Shown one piece after another: positions 8,124 to 18,855 of a DNA stretch of 57,621 nt. The notes under the pieces were generated by a model that worked only from the letters and a program-made list of their open reading frames with translations, was not told the origin of the DNA and searched no databases. The DNA is from Spirochaetia bacterium. Its GTDB lineage: Bacteria > Spirochaetota > Spirochaetia > Treponematales > Treponemataceae. The translations under genes were made by a program, and so were the position numbers. The stretch is taken from positions 1 through 57,621 of the forward strand of contig JALFAW010000309.1 of NCBI GenBank assembly GCA_022773305.1, given 5' to 3'. Every line of letters begins with the position of its first letter. Position 1 is the first letter of the stretch.

Positions 8124-11100
8124 TTATTCTAATTGCGAAAGTTTTTCTCTGATAAATTCAGACTTTTCTTTCAAACCTATTTTTCCAAGTTTTATGAACA
8201 AGACATTAGGTAATTGTGGATTCAGTCTGATAGTTCCAGGATTTTCTTTTATCAATTTTAGTATTTTATCAATAGAAAGCTTTGAAACCTGACTGAATTC
8301 AACTCGTACTTCACCCTGTCGTTCTTTTATTGAAGAAATCGAAAGTTTTTTGCAGATAATCCTGATTTCAGCAAGTGCCAAAAGGCTGGAAACTTCATCT
8401 GGAATAGGTCCAAAACGGTCATCTAATTCACTCAGAACAGCGTCAAATTCTTTTTCATCAGTTATGGCTGCAATTTTTTTGTAGATTTCCATTTTAATCT
8501 GAGGATTTGTGATGTATGAATCAGGAATAAATCCTGTATATTCCAGCTCCATCAAAACTTCAGTCTGTTCTATATAATCTTTCTGTTTTGTCAGTTTATT
8601 TACTGCATCATTTAAAAGCCGAACATACATATCAAAACCGACAGAATAAACATCACCAGACTGATCTCGTCCTAAAAGATTTCCAGCACCACGAATTTCC
8701 ATATCTTTCATTGCAATTTTAAAACCGCTTCCAAGTTCTGTAAAATCACTTATAACTTGAAGCCTTTTCATTGCCACTTCTGAAAGTGCCTTATTTTCAG
8801 GATATAAAAGATAAGCATAAGCCTTTCTGTCACTTCGACCTACTCTTCCTCTAAGCTGATACAACTGCGAAACACCATACATATCCGCTCTGTCAATGAT
8901 GATAGTATTAACGTTTGGAATGTCAATTCCGTTTTCAATAATTGTAGTTGCAATTAACACATGAAAACCACCCATTTTAAAACGCTGGAATATGTCTTCA
9001 AGCTGAGAACTTGTCATCTGCCCGTGAGCTACATCAACAAGAACCTCAGGAACAATATTTTCTACTTTTCTTCGGATTTCCTGCAAAGATTCTACTCTGT
9101 TATGCAGGTAAAAAACTTGTCCACCACGTTCAATTTCTCGTCTTATTGCAGAAGCAACTCTATCATCAGTATATTCATCTACTACTGTTTCAACAGGCTG
9201 TCTGTTTTGTGGAGGAGTTGTAAGAAGACTCATATCTCTGATTTTTAAAAGACTCATGTGAAGTGTTCTAGGAATTGGAGTTGCAGACATTGTGAGACAA
9301 TCAATATTGTTCTTCATTTCTTTTAGCTTTTCTTTGTCTTTTACACCAAAACGCTGCTCTTCATCAATAATCATAAGTCCAAGATTTTTAAATTTCACAT
9401 CTTTTTGAATGATTCTATGCGTTCCAATTAAAATATCAACTTGTCCTTCACTCACCCTTTGCAAAATTTTTTTCTGTTCAGATGGAGTTACAAATCTTGA
9501 AAGTGCTGCAATTTTAACTGGAAAATTTTTGAATCGTTCTATACAAGTTTCGTAATGCTGTTGAGCCAAAATTGTTGTTGGTGCTAAAAATGCAACTTGT
9601 TTACCGCCCATTACAGATTTAAACGCAGCACGCATTGCAATCTCAGTTTTGCCATATCCTACATCACCACAGACCAGTCTATCCATTGGAACAGGTTTTT
9701 CCATATCTTTTTTGATTTCTTCAGTTACAGTTATCTGATCTGGAGTATCTTCGTATGGAAAAGCAGCTTCAAATGCTGTCTGCCATTCTGTTTCTTTTGG
9801 AAATGCAAAACCAACAGAAGCTTGACGTCGCGAATATAAAGCAATCAGTTTTTCAGCAAGATCTTCTACAGCTTTTTTTACTTTATTTTTTCGATTTTCC
9901 CAAGCTTTACTTCCAATTCTGTCAAGTTTTGGTTTTTCACCTTCATTTCCAATATATCTTTGAACAAGGTTAACTTGTTCAATAGGTACAAATGCAAACT
10001 CATTATCAGCATATTCAAGTTTAATATAATCGCGCTCATTCCCCATTGCTTTTACACGTTCAATACCGTGAAAAAGTCCAATTCCCCAGTTTACGTGAAC
10101 TATGTAATCACCTGGATTTAATTCCACAAATGTATCAATTGCTTTGGATTTTGCTTTATTTACAGTTTTTGGAACATATTTACGTCGTCCAAAAATTTCA
10201 TTTTCCTGGATTACAAGAATCTTTGCCTGTGGTAACACAAATCCAGCAGAAATGGGTTTTGGAATCAAACAAACTGGATATAAATCTTTTTTTGAATCAT
10301 CAAGTTCGATAAAATCTTTAAAAATCTGATGAAGACGAAGCTGCTGATTTTCATTGTCAGTGTAAATAAAAACTCGCCATTTATCCTGCATTAATTTTGT
10401 AAGTTCATCTTTCATATAATTCAGATTTCCAAAAAAACTACGGGCAGGTTCGGCATCTATTTTTGTAACGCAAAGTTCTTTTTCATCTTCTTTTAATAAA
10501 GTTCTAAAATAAAGTCGATTTTTAATTTTGTCACAAATGTTTTTAAAACTAAAAAGCATCTGTTCTGGCGAAATTACAGGAAGAGATTCTTTTGAAGTTC
10601 TATATAATTTGTGATATTCACGAAGTAAGACAAGTTCTGCATTTTCAAGTTTGTCATAATTATAAAATAAAACAAAAGAATTCTGTGGAATATAATCCAA
10701 AACTGATTTTCTTTCATTCCACAAAAAAGGATATAAAAGTTCTTCGCCTTCAACTTCGCCATAAACTGAAAGTTGTTCAAGCATATTTTTAGCATTTTGT
10801 AATGCCATTTCTGTTAATGGAAGATGAATTTTTGAGAATTGATTTTTATGAGTATCATTAACACTAGATAAAGAATCATCATATTCTGTTATTGTTGATT
10901 TAATCTGTAAATCTAGCATTTCAAAATTATTTTCTATTATATTTTGATTTGTGTATTCACTTTCATTTGAAACTGCATTTTGCTGATACTTTTGGATGCT
11001 TTCATAGACAGTCTTTATTTGATTTTCATTCCATAAAACCTCTTTCATCGGATAGATGAGAACACTGTCTTTAGAACCAACAGTTACCTGATTATCAGTT

Positions 11101-11831
11101 TCAAATTCTTTGATTGATTCAATTTCATCAAAATCAAAAATTATTCGTGTTGCAAATTCATCACAAGGCAAAAATATATCAAGAACTTCACCACGTAAAC
11201 TAAATTCACCTCGAACATTGACTTTTGGAACCCTTATGTAACCTAAATCCACAATTTTTTGCGCAATTTTAGTAGTATCAAAAGAATCACCTTTTTTTAA
11301 ACTGAAAGTCAAAGATTTTATGTAATCAGGAGGTGGAAGTGGTTGCAAAAAAGTTTTTTGAGTAAAAATAAAAATTCTCGTATTATCGTTAAAAGTTATT
11401 TTATTTTCATTATCAAGAATTTTTGAAAGTACTCCTGCTCTTTTTCCAAAAGTAACTGAACCTTTTGCAACAGTCCTGTAAGGAACTGTTCCCCATGTTG
11501 GAAAAACATAAATTTGTGCATCGCTATAAACAGATTGAAAATCAGTAACTAAATCCTGTACATCACTTTCTTGTGGAACCACAATAAATAAATCTTGTGA
11601 AAAATTATTATATTGTGGAGTTTTTTTGCTTGAAAAACCGTATTGTGTAGCTTGAAGTGTTTGCAAATGATTTTGCCTGCAAATTTCACTTACAAAAAAA
11701 CTGAATAGCGAACCTTGAGTTCCTTCAATATGTATTGGAAAATTTGAATTTAAATCAAAAATATTTGAAATGGAACTTTTTATTTCTTGCAAATTATGCA
11801 ATAATTCGTTAATAGAAGTTAATGATTTCAT
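8124..11831 (-). CDS. mfd: Transcription-repair coupling factor
   Basis: UvrB-like N-terminus (GEFSLRGEVLDIF), RID domain (VHVNWGIG), SF2 helicase (GDVGYGKTE, DEEQRFG, SATPIPRT, QLRGRVGR), TRG motif DMEIRGAGNLLG. Confidence 0.97.
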   Translation of the reverse strand: MKSLTSINELLHNLQEIKSSISNIFDLNSNFPIHIEGTQGSLFSFFVSEICRQNHLQTLQATQYGFSSKKTPQYNNFSQDLFIVVPQESDVQDLVTDFQSVYSDAQIYVFPTWGTVPYRTVAKGSVTFGKRAGVLSKILDNENKITFNDNTRIFIFTQKTFLQPLPPPDYIKSLTFSLKKGDSFDTTKIAQKIVDLGYIRVPKVNVRGEFSLRGEVLDIFLPCDEFATRIIFDFDEIESIKEFETDNQVTVGSKDSVLIYPMKEVLWNENQIKTVYESIQKYQQNAVSNESEYTNQNIIENNFEMLDLQIKSTITEYDDSLSSVNDTHKNQFSKIHLPLTEMALQNAKNMLEQLSVYGEVEGEELLYPFLWNERKSVLDYIPQNSFVLFYNYDKLENAELVLLREYHKLYRTSKESLPVISPEQMLFSFKNICDKIKNRLYFRTLLKEDEKELCVTKIDAEPARSFFGNLNYMKDELTKLMQDKWRVFIYTDNENQQLRLHQIFKDFIELDDSKKDLYPVCLIPKPISAGFVLPQAKILVIQENEIFGRRKYVPKTVNKAKSKAIDTFVELNPGDYIVHVNWGIGLFHGIERVKAMGNERDYIKLEYADNEFAFVPIEQVNLVQRYIGNEGEKPKLDRIGSKAWENRKNKVKKAVEDLAEKLIALYSRRQASVGFAFPKETEWQTAFEAAFPYEDTPDQITVTEEIKKDMEKPVPMDRLVCGDVGYGKTEIAMRAAFKSVMGGKQVAFLAPTTILAQQHYETCIERFKNFPVKIAALSRFVTPSEQKKILQRVSEGQVDILIGTHRIIQKDVKFKNLGLMIIDEEQRFGVKDKEKLKEMKNNIDCLTMSATPIPRTLHMSLLKIRDMSLLTTPPQNRQPVETVVDEYTDDRVASAIRREIERGGQVFYLHNRVESLQEIRRKVENIVPEVLVDVAHGQMTSSQLEDIFQRFKMGGFHVLIATTIIENGIDIPNVNTIIIDRADMYGVSQLYQLRGRVGRSDRKAYAYLLYPENKALSEVAMKRLQVISDFTELGSGFKIAMKDMEIRGAGNLLGRDQSGDVYSVGFDMYVRLLNDAVNKLTKQKDYIEQTEVLMELEYTGFIPDSYITNPQIKMEIYKKIAAITDEKEFDAVLSELDDRFGPIPDEVSSLLALAEIRIICKKLSISSIKERQGEVRVEFSQVSKLSIDKILKLIKENPGTIRLNPQLPNVLFIKLGKIGLKEKSEFIREKLSQLE

Positions 11832-11871
11832 TTTTTTATACCGATTATTAAAGAGTATTAAAAAAGACTAT

Positions 11872-12041
11872 TAGGTTAATATTTTAAGTTTTTATTTTTG
11901 GGTGGCTTTTTGCTTCGCAAAAAACAGGCTTTTCAGGGTTGCGCTATCGCTTCATTCCTTCGCTACGCTTCGGAACTGGCTATGCCAGCCCTTACAATCC
12001 TTGCCACGGTTTAAAATCGAAAACTCGAAATTGAACCTATT
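11872..12041. mobile_element. MITE-like element, copy B (inverted relative to copy A, one terminus eroded)
   Basis: Reverse complement matches the copy A core with about four substitutions and one indel; intact terminus at 12020-12041; other terminus reduced to TAGGTTAATATTTT (11872-11885). Confidence 0.85.
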
Positions 12042-12059
12042 AATTTACAGGAGAATACG

Positions 12060-13034
12060 TTGAAAACTCGTAAACTTTTTATTATTATATCATTTTTTTT
12101 TATTTTTGCACAGATATTGATAGCTCAGACTGAAGAATTTGATTATTCACAAGCAAATGTTTCAATAAAATACTATAATAAGTCAATTTATTATCCTGGA
12201 AATTCAGAAGACTTTAAAATTCTTGTTCACATCACAATTAAAAATAACAGCCCACAGACTTTAAGATTTAAACTTGCTGATGACAGAGCATTTAGTCTAG
12301 ATTTTAATGCCTACACTGTAAAAAATAAACTTCTAGAACAAACTGGAAACCTTATTGAAAAACGTACTACAAATCAAACTGTTTACTTCCGAGAGATTGC
12401 GTTGGAACAAGGTGAAGAATATTCTTTTGTGGAGAATGTAAAAGATTATCTTCAGATTGACGAAAGTTCTGTTTATTACCTTGAACTTGTTTTTTATCCT
12501 GAATTATATAAATCAAAATATATTTCTCTAAAATCAAATAGACTTTCTTTGGAGATTATGCCTTCTCCTTCAGCAACAGCTTCAAACCCTCTTCCAGTTT
12601 CACAAGAATCAATTGAAATTCTACGTCCTATTGAATTATCACCAGATAAAGTAGTGGAACAAACAATTATTGCAAGACAAAAGTCCCTTTGGAATCAGTA
12701 TTTTCTTTATATTGATGTTGAATCTATGCTTCAAAGAAATCCCTCACTTAGAAAAAAATATATTTCTCTTTCAGCAGATGAAAGAATACGTATGCTTGAA
12801 TCTTTCAAAGCTGATTTAATGCAAGAAAAAATTGAAAATGATATTGTGGCTATTCCTCAAAGTTTTCAGATCGAAAAAACTTCTTATACTCCAACCGAAG
12901 GCTACGTGTCTGTCATAGAATGGTTTAAATATCCAAATTTCAGTGAAAAAAAGAGATACACTTATAAAGTGCGCCAACGTGAAGGTATCTGGAAGATTTA
13001 TGATTATAATGTGGTAAATTTAGGAACAGAATAA
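12060..13034 (+). CDS. Exported conserved hypothetical protein
   Basis: TTG start after AGGAG; signal-peptide-like N-terminus; 324 aa; tightly linked to the next two genes. Confidence 0.75.
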   Translation: MKTRKLFIIISFFFIFAQILIAQTEEFDYSQANVSIKYYNKSIYYPGNSEDFKILVHITIKNNSPQTLRFKLADDRAFSLDFNAYTVKNKLLEQTGNLIEKRTTNQTVYFREIALEQGEEYSFVENVKDYLQIDESSVYYLELVFYPELYKSKYISLKSNRLSLEIMPSPSATASNPLPVSQESIEILRPIELSPDKVVEQTIIARQKSLWNQYFLYIDVESMLQRNPSLRKKYISLSADERIRMLESFKADLMQEKIENDIVAIPQSFQIEKTSYTPTEGYVSVIEWFKYPNFSEKKRYTYKVRQREGIWKIYDYNVVNLGTE

Positions 13035-13035
13035 A

Positions 13036-13815
13036 ATGAAAGCGTTAATAATATCAGATAAACAAGAAATCATAGATTTTTCATCTAAATTTTTAAAAGA
13101 TAATGGTTATGACATTATTGTATACAGATGGCTTTTAAAAGCGATTGATAATATAGAAGAAATTCAACCAGATTTGATTATTTTAAGTGTTGCTGAATAT
13201 CCTCGTCATTGGAAAACACTTGCTTCTTTTGTAAAAAGTGGGATTGGTGGAAAAAATGTTCAGATTTATCTTTACGTTCCAGATTGCTTGAGTGATGATG
13301 AAAAAAGAAAAGCTGTTGAACTAGGCATAAAAGATTACTTAACATCATTAAATACAAAAACATTTGAAAAAATAATTCCTTCAATTAAAAATCAAAACAA
13401 TAATCTTACTGAAATAACTAATAATCATCTTAGCGAAACAATTTCACAAAATAATAAAAATGAGAATATAGACAAAAAGATTGATAATAAAGAAATAGAT
13501 AAATCTGCTAGAATTATCTCAAGATTTGATACACAAAAAGATTCCTGCAGATTAATTTTTACAAACCCTTTATCAAATAAATTTTTATTTGGCACAGCTT
13601 TTATTGAAAAACAGACAAAAAATTTTATATGTATTTTACAAGATTGTTCAGATTTACACCCTGAAATGATTATAAAATACGTTTCTATTTATGATCAAAA
13701 TAATCAAATATCTGTTTTTTCAGCAAAAATATTAGAAATCAAAATAGATGATTTAGATGAGAGACAACAAAAGCTTATAAAAATCGAACCAATGGAATAT
13801 TATGAAAAAAACTGA
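13036..13815 (+). CDS. Receiver-like (CheY-fold) domain protein with Asn-rich linker and possible degenerate PilZ-like C-terminus
   Basis: MKALIISD..EIQPDLIILS..RKAVELGIKDYL resembles a receiver fold; C-terminal assignment is tentative. Confidence 0.55.
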   Translation: MKALIISDKQEIIDFSSKFLKDNGYDIIVYRWLLKAIDNIEEIQPDLIILSVAEYPRHWKTLASFVKSGIGGKNVQIYLYVPDCLSDDEKRKAVELGIKDYLTSLNTKTFEKIIPSIKNQNNNLTEITNNHLSETISQNNKNENIDKKIDNKEIDKSARIISRFDTQKDSCRLIFTNPLSNKFLFGTAFIEKQTKNFICILQDCSDLHPEMIIKYVSIYDQNNQISVFSAKILEIKIDDLDERQQKLIKIEPMEYYEKN

Positions 13816-14185
13816 TAAGGAAGCTAAATTTTTTTGTGAAAGTTGTGGATCTGAAGTTCCTCGAAAATCAAGATTTTGTCCTGTCTGCGGAAAATTTTTT
13901 GCATCAGTTCGCTGCCCAAAATGCGGTCACACAGGAGCATCAGAAGATTTTAAAAGCGGATGCCCGGAATGTGGCTATGCTGTAAACTCTAACGGTTCAT
14001 TATCTCAAAATCAAAACTCCGATAATTCATCGCAAAACAATATTAAATATAAAAATAAAATTGCATCAAAAAAATTAAAAAAAAACAACAAATCTGGACA
14101 AGACGGTTCGTTACCTGTTTGGATTTACATCATTTCTGTTTTAGTTCTGATTATTCTGATTATTTGTCTTTACAGTTGTCTATAA
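13802..14185 (+). CDS. Double zinc-ribbon protein with C-terminal TM anchor
   Basis: Four CxxC pairs (CESC, CPVC, CPKC, CPEC) and a hydrophobic C-terminus. Confidence 0.85.
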   Translation: MKKTDKEAKFFCESCGSEVPRKSRFCPVCGKFFASVRCPKCGHTGASEDFKSGCPECGYAVNSNGSLSQNQNSDNSSQNNIKYKNKIASKKLKKNNKSGQDGSLPVWIYIISVLVLIILIICLYSCL

Positions 14186-14191
14186 ACTCAA

Positions 14192-15505
14192 TTATTTTAA
14201 TTCGCTTTTTCTACAGTTAATATTCATTATAAGTCCTGTGCATGTCATAGCTGTAAGTAAGGAAGAACCACCATACGAAAGAAACAAAAGTGGAATTCCT
14301 GTAATCGGCATGATACCCATAACCATTCCTACATTTACGAAAAAATGAAATGAGAACATTCCAAAAATTCCTGCACAAATATAAGAACCATATCGATTAA
14401 TACATTTTCGAATAATATACAAAATCTTAATCAAAATAACAAAATAAAGAGAAAATACAAAAATTCCGCCGATAAATCCTAATTCTTCAGAAAGAATACT
14501 GAAAATAAAGTCGGTACTCTGCTGTGGCAAAAAGCGGTAATGACTCTGAGTTCCCTGTAAATATCCCTGCCCTGTCATGCCACCTGCACCGATAGCTACT
14601 TTTGATTGAATAATATTCCAACCGGCACCAAGTCTGTCTTTATTTGGATTCATAAAGATAATAAGACGTTTTATCTGATAATCTTTCAAAAATTTTCCAA
14701 GTGCCAGAGAAAAAATAAGTGAAAGGCAGATTACAGAAAAAACAAGTGTAATCCAATAGATATATTTTGGACCGTGAAAATATCGTCTGACAACATAACC
14801 CAAAAGTGTAATTAATAATACCGATGAAATCAGCAAAGCTCTTAATTTTAAATTTGTTAAAACTGAAATAAATACAAATGGATTTTCAGCAATTTCCGCA
14901 TTCCAGACAGGCAGTACTGTAAAAAAAACAGTCAATATTCCAAAAGAAAGAACATATAAAATATATTTAACAGGAATTCCAGCAATAAAACACATTGTCA
15001 GAAAAATTGGAATATAAACACTGGCAGTTCCTAAGTCAGGTTGAATTAAAATCAATCCCATTGGAAGCAGCAGTATTCCTATAGCATAAACGAATCTTTT
15101 AAATTGATTCAGATTTTTGCTTTCATCCAGAAATTTGGCCAGAAACAAGATAAAAAAGATTTTTCCAAATTCAGATGGCTGTACACCAAATTCACCAATT
15201 CCAATCCAGCTTTTTGCACCATTAACATATCGTCCGAAAATTCTTGTATATATTAAAAGTACAATCAAAAAAATATATAAATATTGCGTAAATGATTCGG
15301 TTTTTCGATAATCATAAAGAGTTACAAAAATCATTATAACAAAACCAATAGAAGCCCAAATTATTTGTTTGACATATTCATTAGTAACCGAAATACCTTC
15401 AGAATTTATACTAGATGAATAAATAAATAATACTCCAAGTGCAACAAGAATAAGCACGACAAGAATAAGAAGATAATCAAACATTGCTAAAAATTTATTC
15501 TTCAT
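14192..15505 (-). CDS. rodA: Rod shape-determining SEDS protein RodA
   Basis: GAKSWI, QPSEFGK, QPDLGT, TDFIFS, PITGIPLLFLSYGGSS; last gene of the mre operon. Confidence 0.96.
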   Translation of the reverse strand: MKNKFLAMFDYLLILVVLILVALGVLFIYSSSINSEGISVTNEYVKQIIWASIGFVIMIFVTLYDYRKTESFTQYLYIFLIVLLIYTRIFGRYVNGAKSWIGIGEFGVQPSEFGKIFFILFLAKFLDESKNLNQFKRFVYAIGILLLPMGLILIQPDLGTASVYIPIFLTMCFIAGIPVKYILYVLSFGILTVFFTVLPVWNAEIAENPFVFISVLTNLKLRALLISSVLLITLLGYVVRRYFHGPKYIYWITLVFSVICLSLIFSLALGKFLKDYQIKRLIIFMNPNKDRLGAGWNIIQSKVAIGAGGMTGQGYLQGTQSHYRFLPQQSTDFIFSILSEELGFIGGIFVFSLYFVILIKILYIIRKCINRYGSYICAGIFGMFSFHFFVNVGMVMGIMPITGIPLLFLSYGGSSLLTAMTCTGLIMNINCRKSELK

Positions 15506-15507
15506 AT

Positions 15508-17373
15508 TTACTCCTGACGTCCACGATTTTTAGAAAGATAAGTAAATCCAAGTTCCTTAATTGCTTCGTCATAAGTTTGATTTGCAAAAATTCCTTGAAT
15601 AATAATATTTGTTGCGTAAGGTGCCCACCATTCCCATTTATTACAAGCTTCAACAATTGTTGCTACACAAATTCTGTCTTCAGGAGGGGCATCATAAGGT
15701 GCATAAGCAACAAGCCATGAATGCCAGCTATCCTTATAACCGTCAACTTCAGCAGTACCAGTTTTACAAGCGATTTGAACAAGTTTATTGTGCATAGGAT
15801 ATTGCGGTGTTCCATCAGTTACAGTATATCTTAATGCTTCTTGAACTTGTTTCCAAACTTCTTTATCAATTGTTGATTCTGTTAAAATAGTTGGTTTTAT
15901 TTCTTCTATAATCTCATTTGTTACTGGATCGCGTACTTCTTTTAGAATATGTGGTTTGTAAATCACACCTTCATTTGATACCATAGCAATCATATTTGCA
16001 AGTTGTAACGGTGTAGCTTCCATATATCCTTGTCCAATTGAACATGACATTGTATCACCACCAACCCACTTTTCATGAAACTTTTTTTGTTTCCATTCTG
16101 CAGTTGGTACGAGACCTGAAACTTGACTAGGTAAATCAATTTGTGCACTTTTTCCAAGTCCAAATTCTCGTGAATAAGAAGCTATTTTTTCAATTCCAAG
16201 ATAATCACGACCAATTGTCCAATAGTAAACATCGCAAGATTGAGCCATTGCATTTTTCATATCAAGCCAGCCATGTCCAGGTTCATGAATATGACAATGA
16301 AAAGTTCTTCCACCATAAAGCATTTTTCCTTTACATTCAATTGTTTTATTTGCTGGAAATGCATTTTCCTGAAGCATAGCCGCAGACATAATGATTTTGA
16401 AAGTAGAAGCTGGTGGATATGAAAGTTGAACAGCTCTGTTAATAAGTGGTTTTGTTTTGTCGTTTAAAAGTTTTGAATACTCAGTCGCAGAATCATCAGA
16501 ACTAAAAATATTAGAATCATAAAATGGATAAGAAACCATTGCAAGAACTTCACCAGTTGCAGGTTTTAAAACTACAGAAGCTCCAACACGATTACCCAAA
16601 GTATCTTCTACAAGTTTTTGAATTGTGGAATCTATAGTTAATACAAGATTTTTTCCCATTTTTGGAGGTTCAACAACAGGAGTTTCAGAAATAATTCTTC
16701 CATGAACATCGACAGTCGACATTTCTCGACCAGGAGTTCCTTGTAAAAGAGAATCATATTGTTTTTCAATTCCAGTTTTTCCAACAATGCTGTTTTTTGT
16801 ATAACCTTGATTGTATAGTGCTGTTATTTCATCTTGATTTATATCGCCAACATAACCAACTATATGACATAATGAGCCTGTATGTAAATAATTTCTAATA
16901 GGTTTTGAAACCCATGAAACTCCTGGTAAATCATTCAGATTTTCAGCTATATTTGAAATAACTGTAAACGGTACATTTGATTTAACTTGTACAGAAGAAT
17001 ATGAACGACGGATATTTTTGGGGATTTTTTTATCAATTTGACTTTTTGGAATTCCAAGATAATTTGCAAGTTTTTGAATAACAGTATCATATTTTTGAGG
17101 TGGAATTTCACCAGGAATAACCTCAACAGCAAATGAATCTGTGTTGATTACCATTGGTAAATCCGCATTTCTATCAAATATTTCACCTCTTTGAGCAGGA
17201 ATGATAGTTACCTGACTAGAAATTCTTTGTGATTGTGATTTATAATGTTCTCCCTGTATAATCTGCATTGAAAAAAGTTTATATACATAAATTATAAATA
17301 AAATTATTAAAATCACGAGAAGAATAAGAACTTTTTCTGTTTTAGTTAATTTGTCTTCAGCAGATTTAAACAT
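15508..17373 (-). CDS. mrdA: Penicillin-binding protein 2
   Basis: RGEIFDRN, GKTGIEK, catalytic STFK, SCD and KTGTAE motifs; lies between mreD and rodA. Confidence 0.96.
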   Translation of the reverse strand: MFKSAEDKLTKTEKVLILLVILIILFIIYVYKLFSMQIIQGEHYKSQSQRISSQVTIIPAQRGEIFDRNADLPMVINTDSFAVEVIPGEIPPQKYDTVIQKLANYLGIPKSQIDKKIPKNIRRSYSSVQVKSNVPFTVISNIAENLNDLPGVSWVSKPIRNYLHTGSLCHIVGYVGDINQDEITALYNQGYTKNSIVGKTGIEKQYDSLLQGTPGREMSTVDVHGRIISETPVVEPPKMGKNLVLTIDSTIQKLVEDTLGNRVGASVVLKPATGEVLAMVSYPFYDSNIFSSDDSATEYSKLLNDKTKPLINRAVQLSYPPASTFKIIMSAAMLQENAFPANKTIECKGKMLYGGRTFHCHIHEPGHGWLDMKNAMAQSCDVYYWTIGRDYLGIEKIASYSREFGLGKSAQIDLPSQVSGLVPTAEWKQKKFHEKWVGGDTMSCSIGQGYMEATPLQLANMIAMVSNEGVIYKPHILKEVRDPVTNEIIEEIKPTILTESTIDKEVWKQVQEALRYTVTDGTPQYPMHNKLVQIACKTGTAEVDGYKDSWHSWLVAYAPYDAPPEDRICVATIVEACNKWEWWAPYATNIIIQGIFANQTYDEAIKELGFTYLSKNRGRQE

Positions 17374-17890
17374 TACTTACTTTATCCTGTGTGGTTTTTA
17401 TGGCAAGATATGATTTAAAAAATCCCAAAAATCTAAATAAAAATGGTGCTAAAATAATATTTTCTATAAATTCAAACAAAAATTGAGGAGATATAATTCC
17501 AAAAACAAATATCCCCGTATTTGGAAATAAAATAGAAACGAATTTTACTAGAAGTGTTTTTACTATTGTTGCAACTCCTACACTTATAATTGGAATAAAT
17601 ATTCCAGTAATGATTACTGTACTTGAAAAAATTCCAGTTATGTAACAAATTACAGTTCTGTATAGACAGTTGAATCCCAACGGCATTCCAGTTATAAAAT
17701 CAAGAAAAAGTCCAGAAATGAATCCTGTGGTTTCTCCTATTGTTTTACCATTTAATAAAGAAAAGTAAATTGTACATATCAAAACCAAATCTGGAACAAC
17801 AAGTAGAAAACTAATGTTAGATAAAATTGAAGCTTCGATAATTGTGGCACAAAACAGAATAAAAGTGCTAAACAAAATTGATTTTACCAT
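17366..17890 (-). CDS. mreD: Rod shape-determining protein MreD
   Basis: Hydrophobic; PDLVLI and GLFLDF motifs; operon position. Confidence 0.92.
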   Translation of the reverse strand: MVKSILFSTFILFCATIIEASILSNISFLLVVPDLVLICTIYFSLLNGKTIGETTGFISGLFLDFITGMPLGFNCLYRTVICYITGIFSSTVIITGIFIPIISVGVATIVKTLLVKFVSILFPNTGIFVFGIISPQFLFEFIENIILAPFLFRFLGFFKSYLAIKTTQDKVSNV

Positions 17891-17953
17891 TTACCTTCCT
17901 CTTTCAATTCACAATTTTTATTTTGTTATCAAAAAAAGTAGTGAACTGTATAA

Positions 17954-18844
17954 TTACTCACTGTCAGATTTATTAGATGAAGTTTTTCTATCATTTAGTT
18001 CTTTTTGATTTACAACAATTACATTTTCAAGTCTTGCAAAATCTATAATTGGTGTTAATTCTATATTTAAAGATGAATTATAATCCAGGGCAGTGATTTT
18101 TGTAATAGTTCCCACTGGAATATCACGCATGTAATTGTCGTTTTCTCCGGATGTAACAACTATATCCCCATAACTTAATTCTTCCATAACACGTTTTCTG
18201 ATGTGTTGTAAAAGAAGTGGCTGATTTTGAGTTCCCAGTCCACTGACAAGACCCAAATCACGTGTATTTTGAATTCGCACAGAAACAATATTTTTAACAT
18301 TATAAATTGGCATGATTTGACTTGTGAAAGTTCCTACTTGAATTACTTTTCCCACCAATCCTTGATTTCCATTTTGAAAAGCCACCACTGGCATATTCTT
18401 TTTTATGCCATTAACACTACCTTTATCTATTGTAAGATAGGAATATGCATTATCAAGATTTCTAGAAATAATTTGTGCTGGAATATTTTTTTCATCCATA
18501 GAAATTGAAAAGCCAAGTTGTTCCTTTAACCGTTCATTTTCCTTTGTAATATCTGCATTTGTTCTTTGCATCTGTTCATAATTTTCAAGTTTTAAAACAA
18601 GTTCATTATATTCTTTTTTAAGTTTTTTTAATTCACCCACGGAATTCACTGTATTGACTACTCCATCAACAACAAAATGAACACCTTTTTCTACAGACGA
18701 GATAATAGAAAATCCAACCTTTTTTAGATTTATAACAAATCCACCAGAATTAAATGCCAACAATAATGATGATATAAAAATAAAAATTATCAGTAAAAAC
18801 TCAGAAAATTTAAATCTAAAAGGAACTTTATTCTTTGATGCCAT
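17954..18844 (-). CDS. mreC: Rod shape-determining protein MreC
   Basis: TM plus coiled coil ENERLKEQL, IDKGS.NGI, GLVGKV, GDIVVTSG. Confidence 0.95.
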   Translation of the reverse strand: MASKNKVPFRFKFSEFLLIIFIFISSLLLAFNSGGFVINLKKVGFSIISSVEKGVHFVVDGVVNTVNSVGELKKLKKEYNELVLKLENYEQMQRTNADITKENERLKEQLGFSISMDEKNIPAQIISRNLDNAYSYLTIDKGSVNGIKKNMPVVAFQNGNQGLVGKVIQVGTFTSQIMPIYNVKNIVSVRIQNTRDLGLVSGLGTQNQPLLLQHIRKRVMEELSYGDIVVTSGENDNYMRDIPVGTITKITALDYNSSLNIELTPIIDFARLENVIVVNQKELNDRKTSSNKSDSE

Positions 18845-18855
18845 ATTAATCAGAA

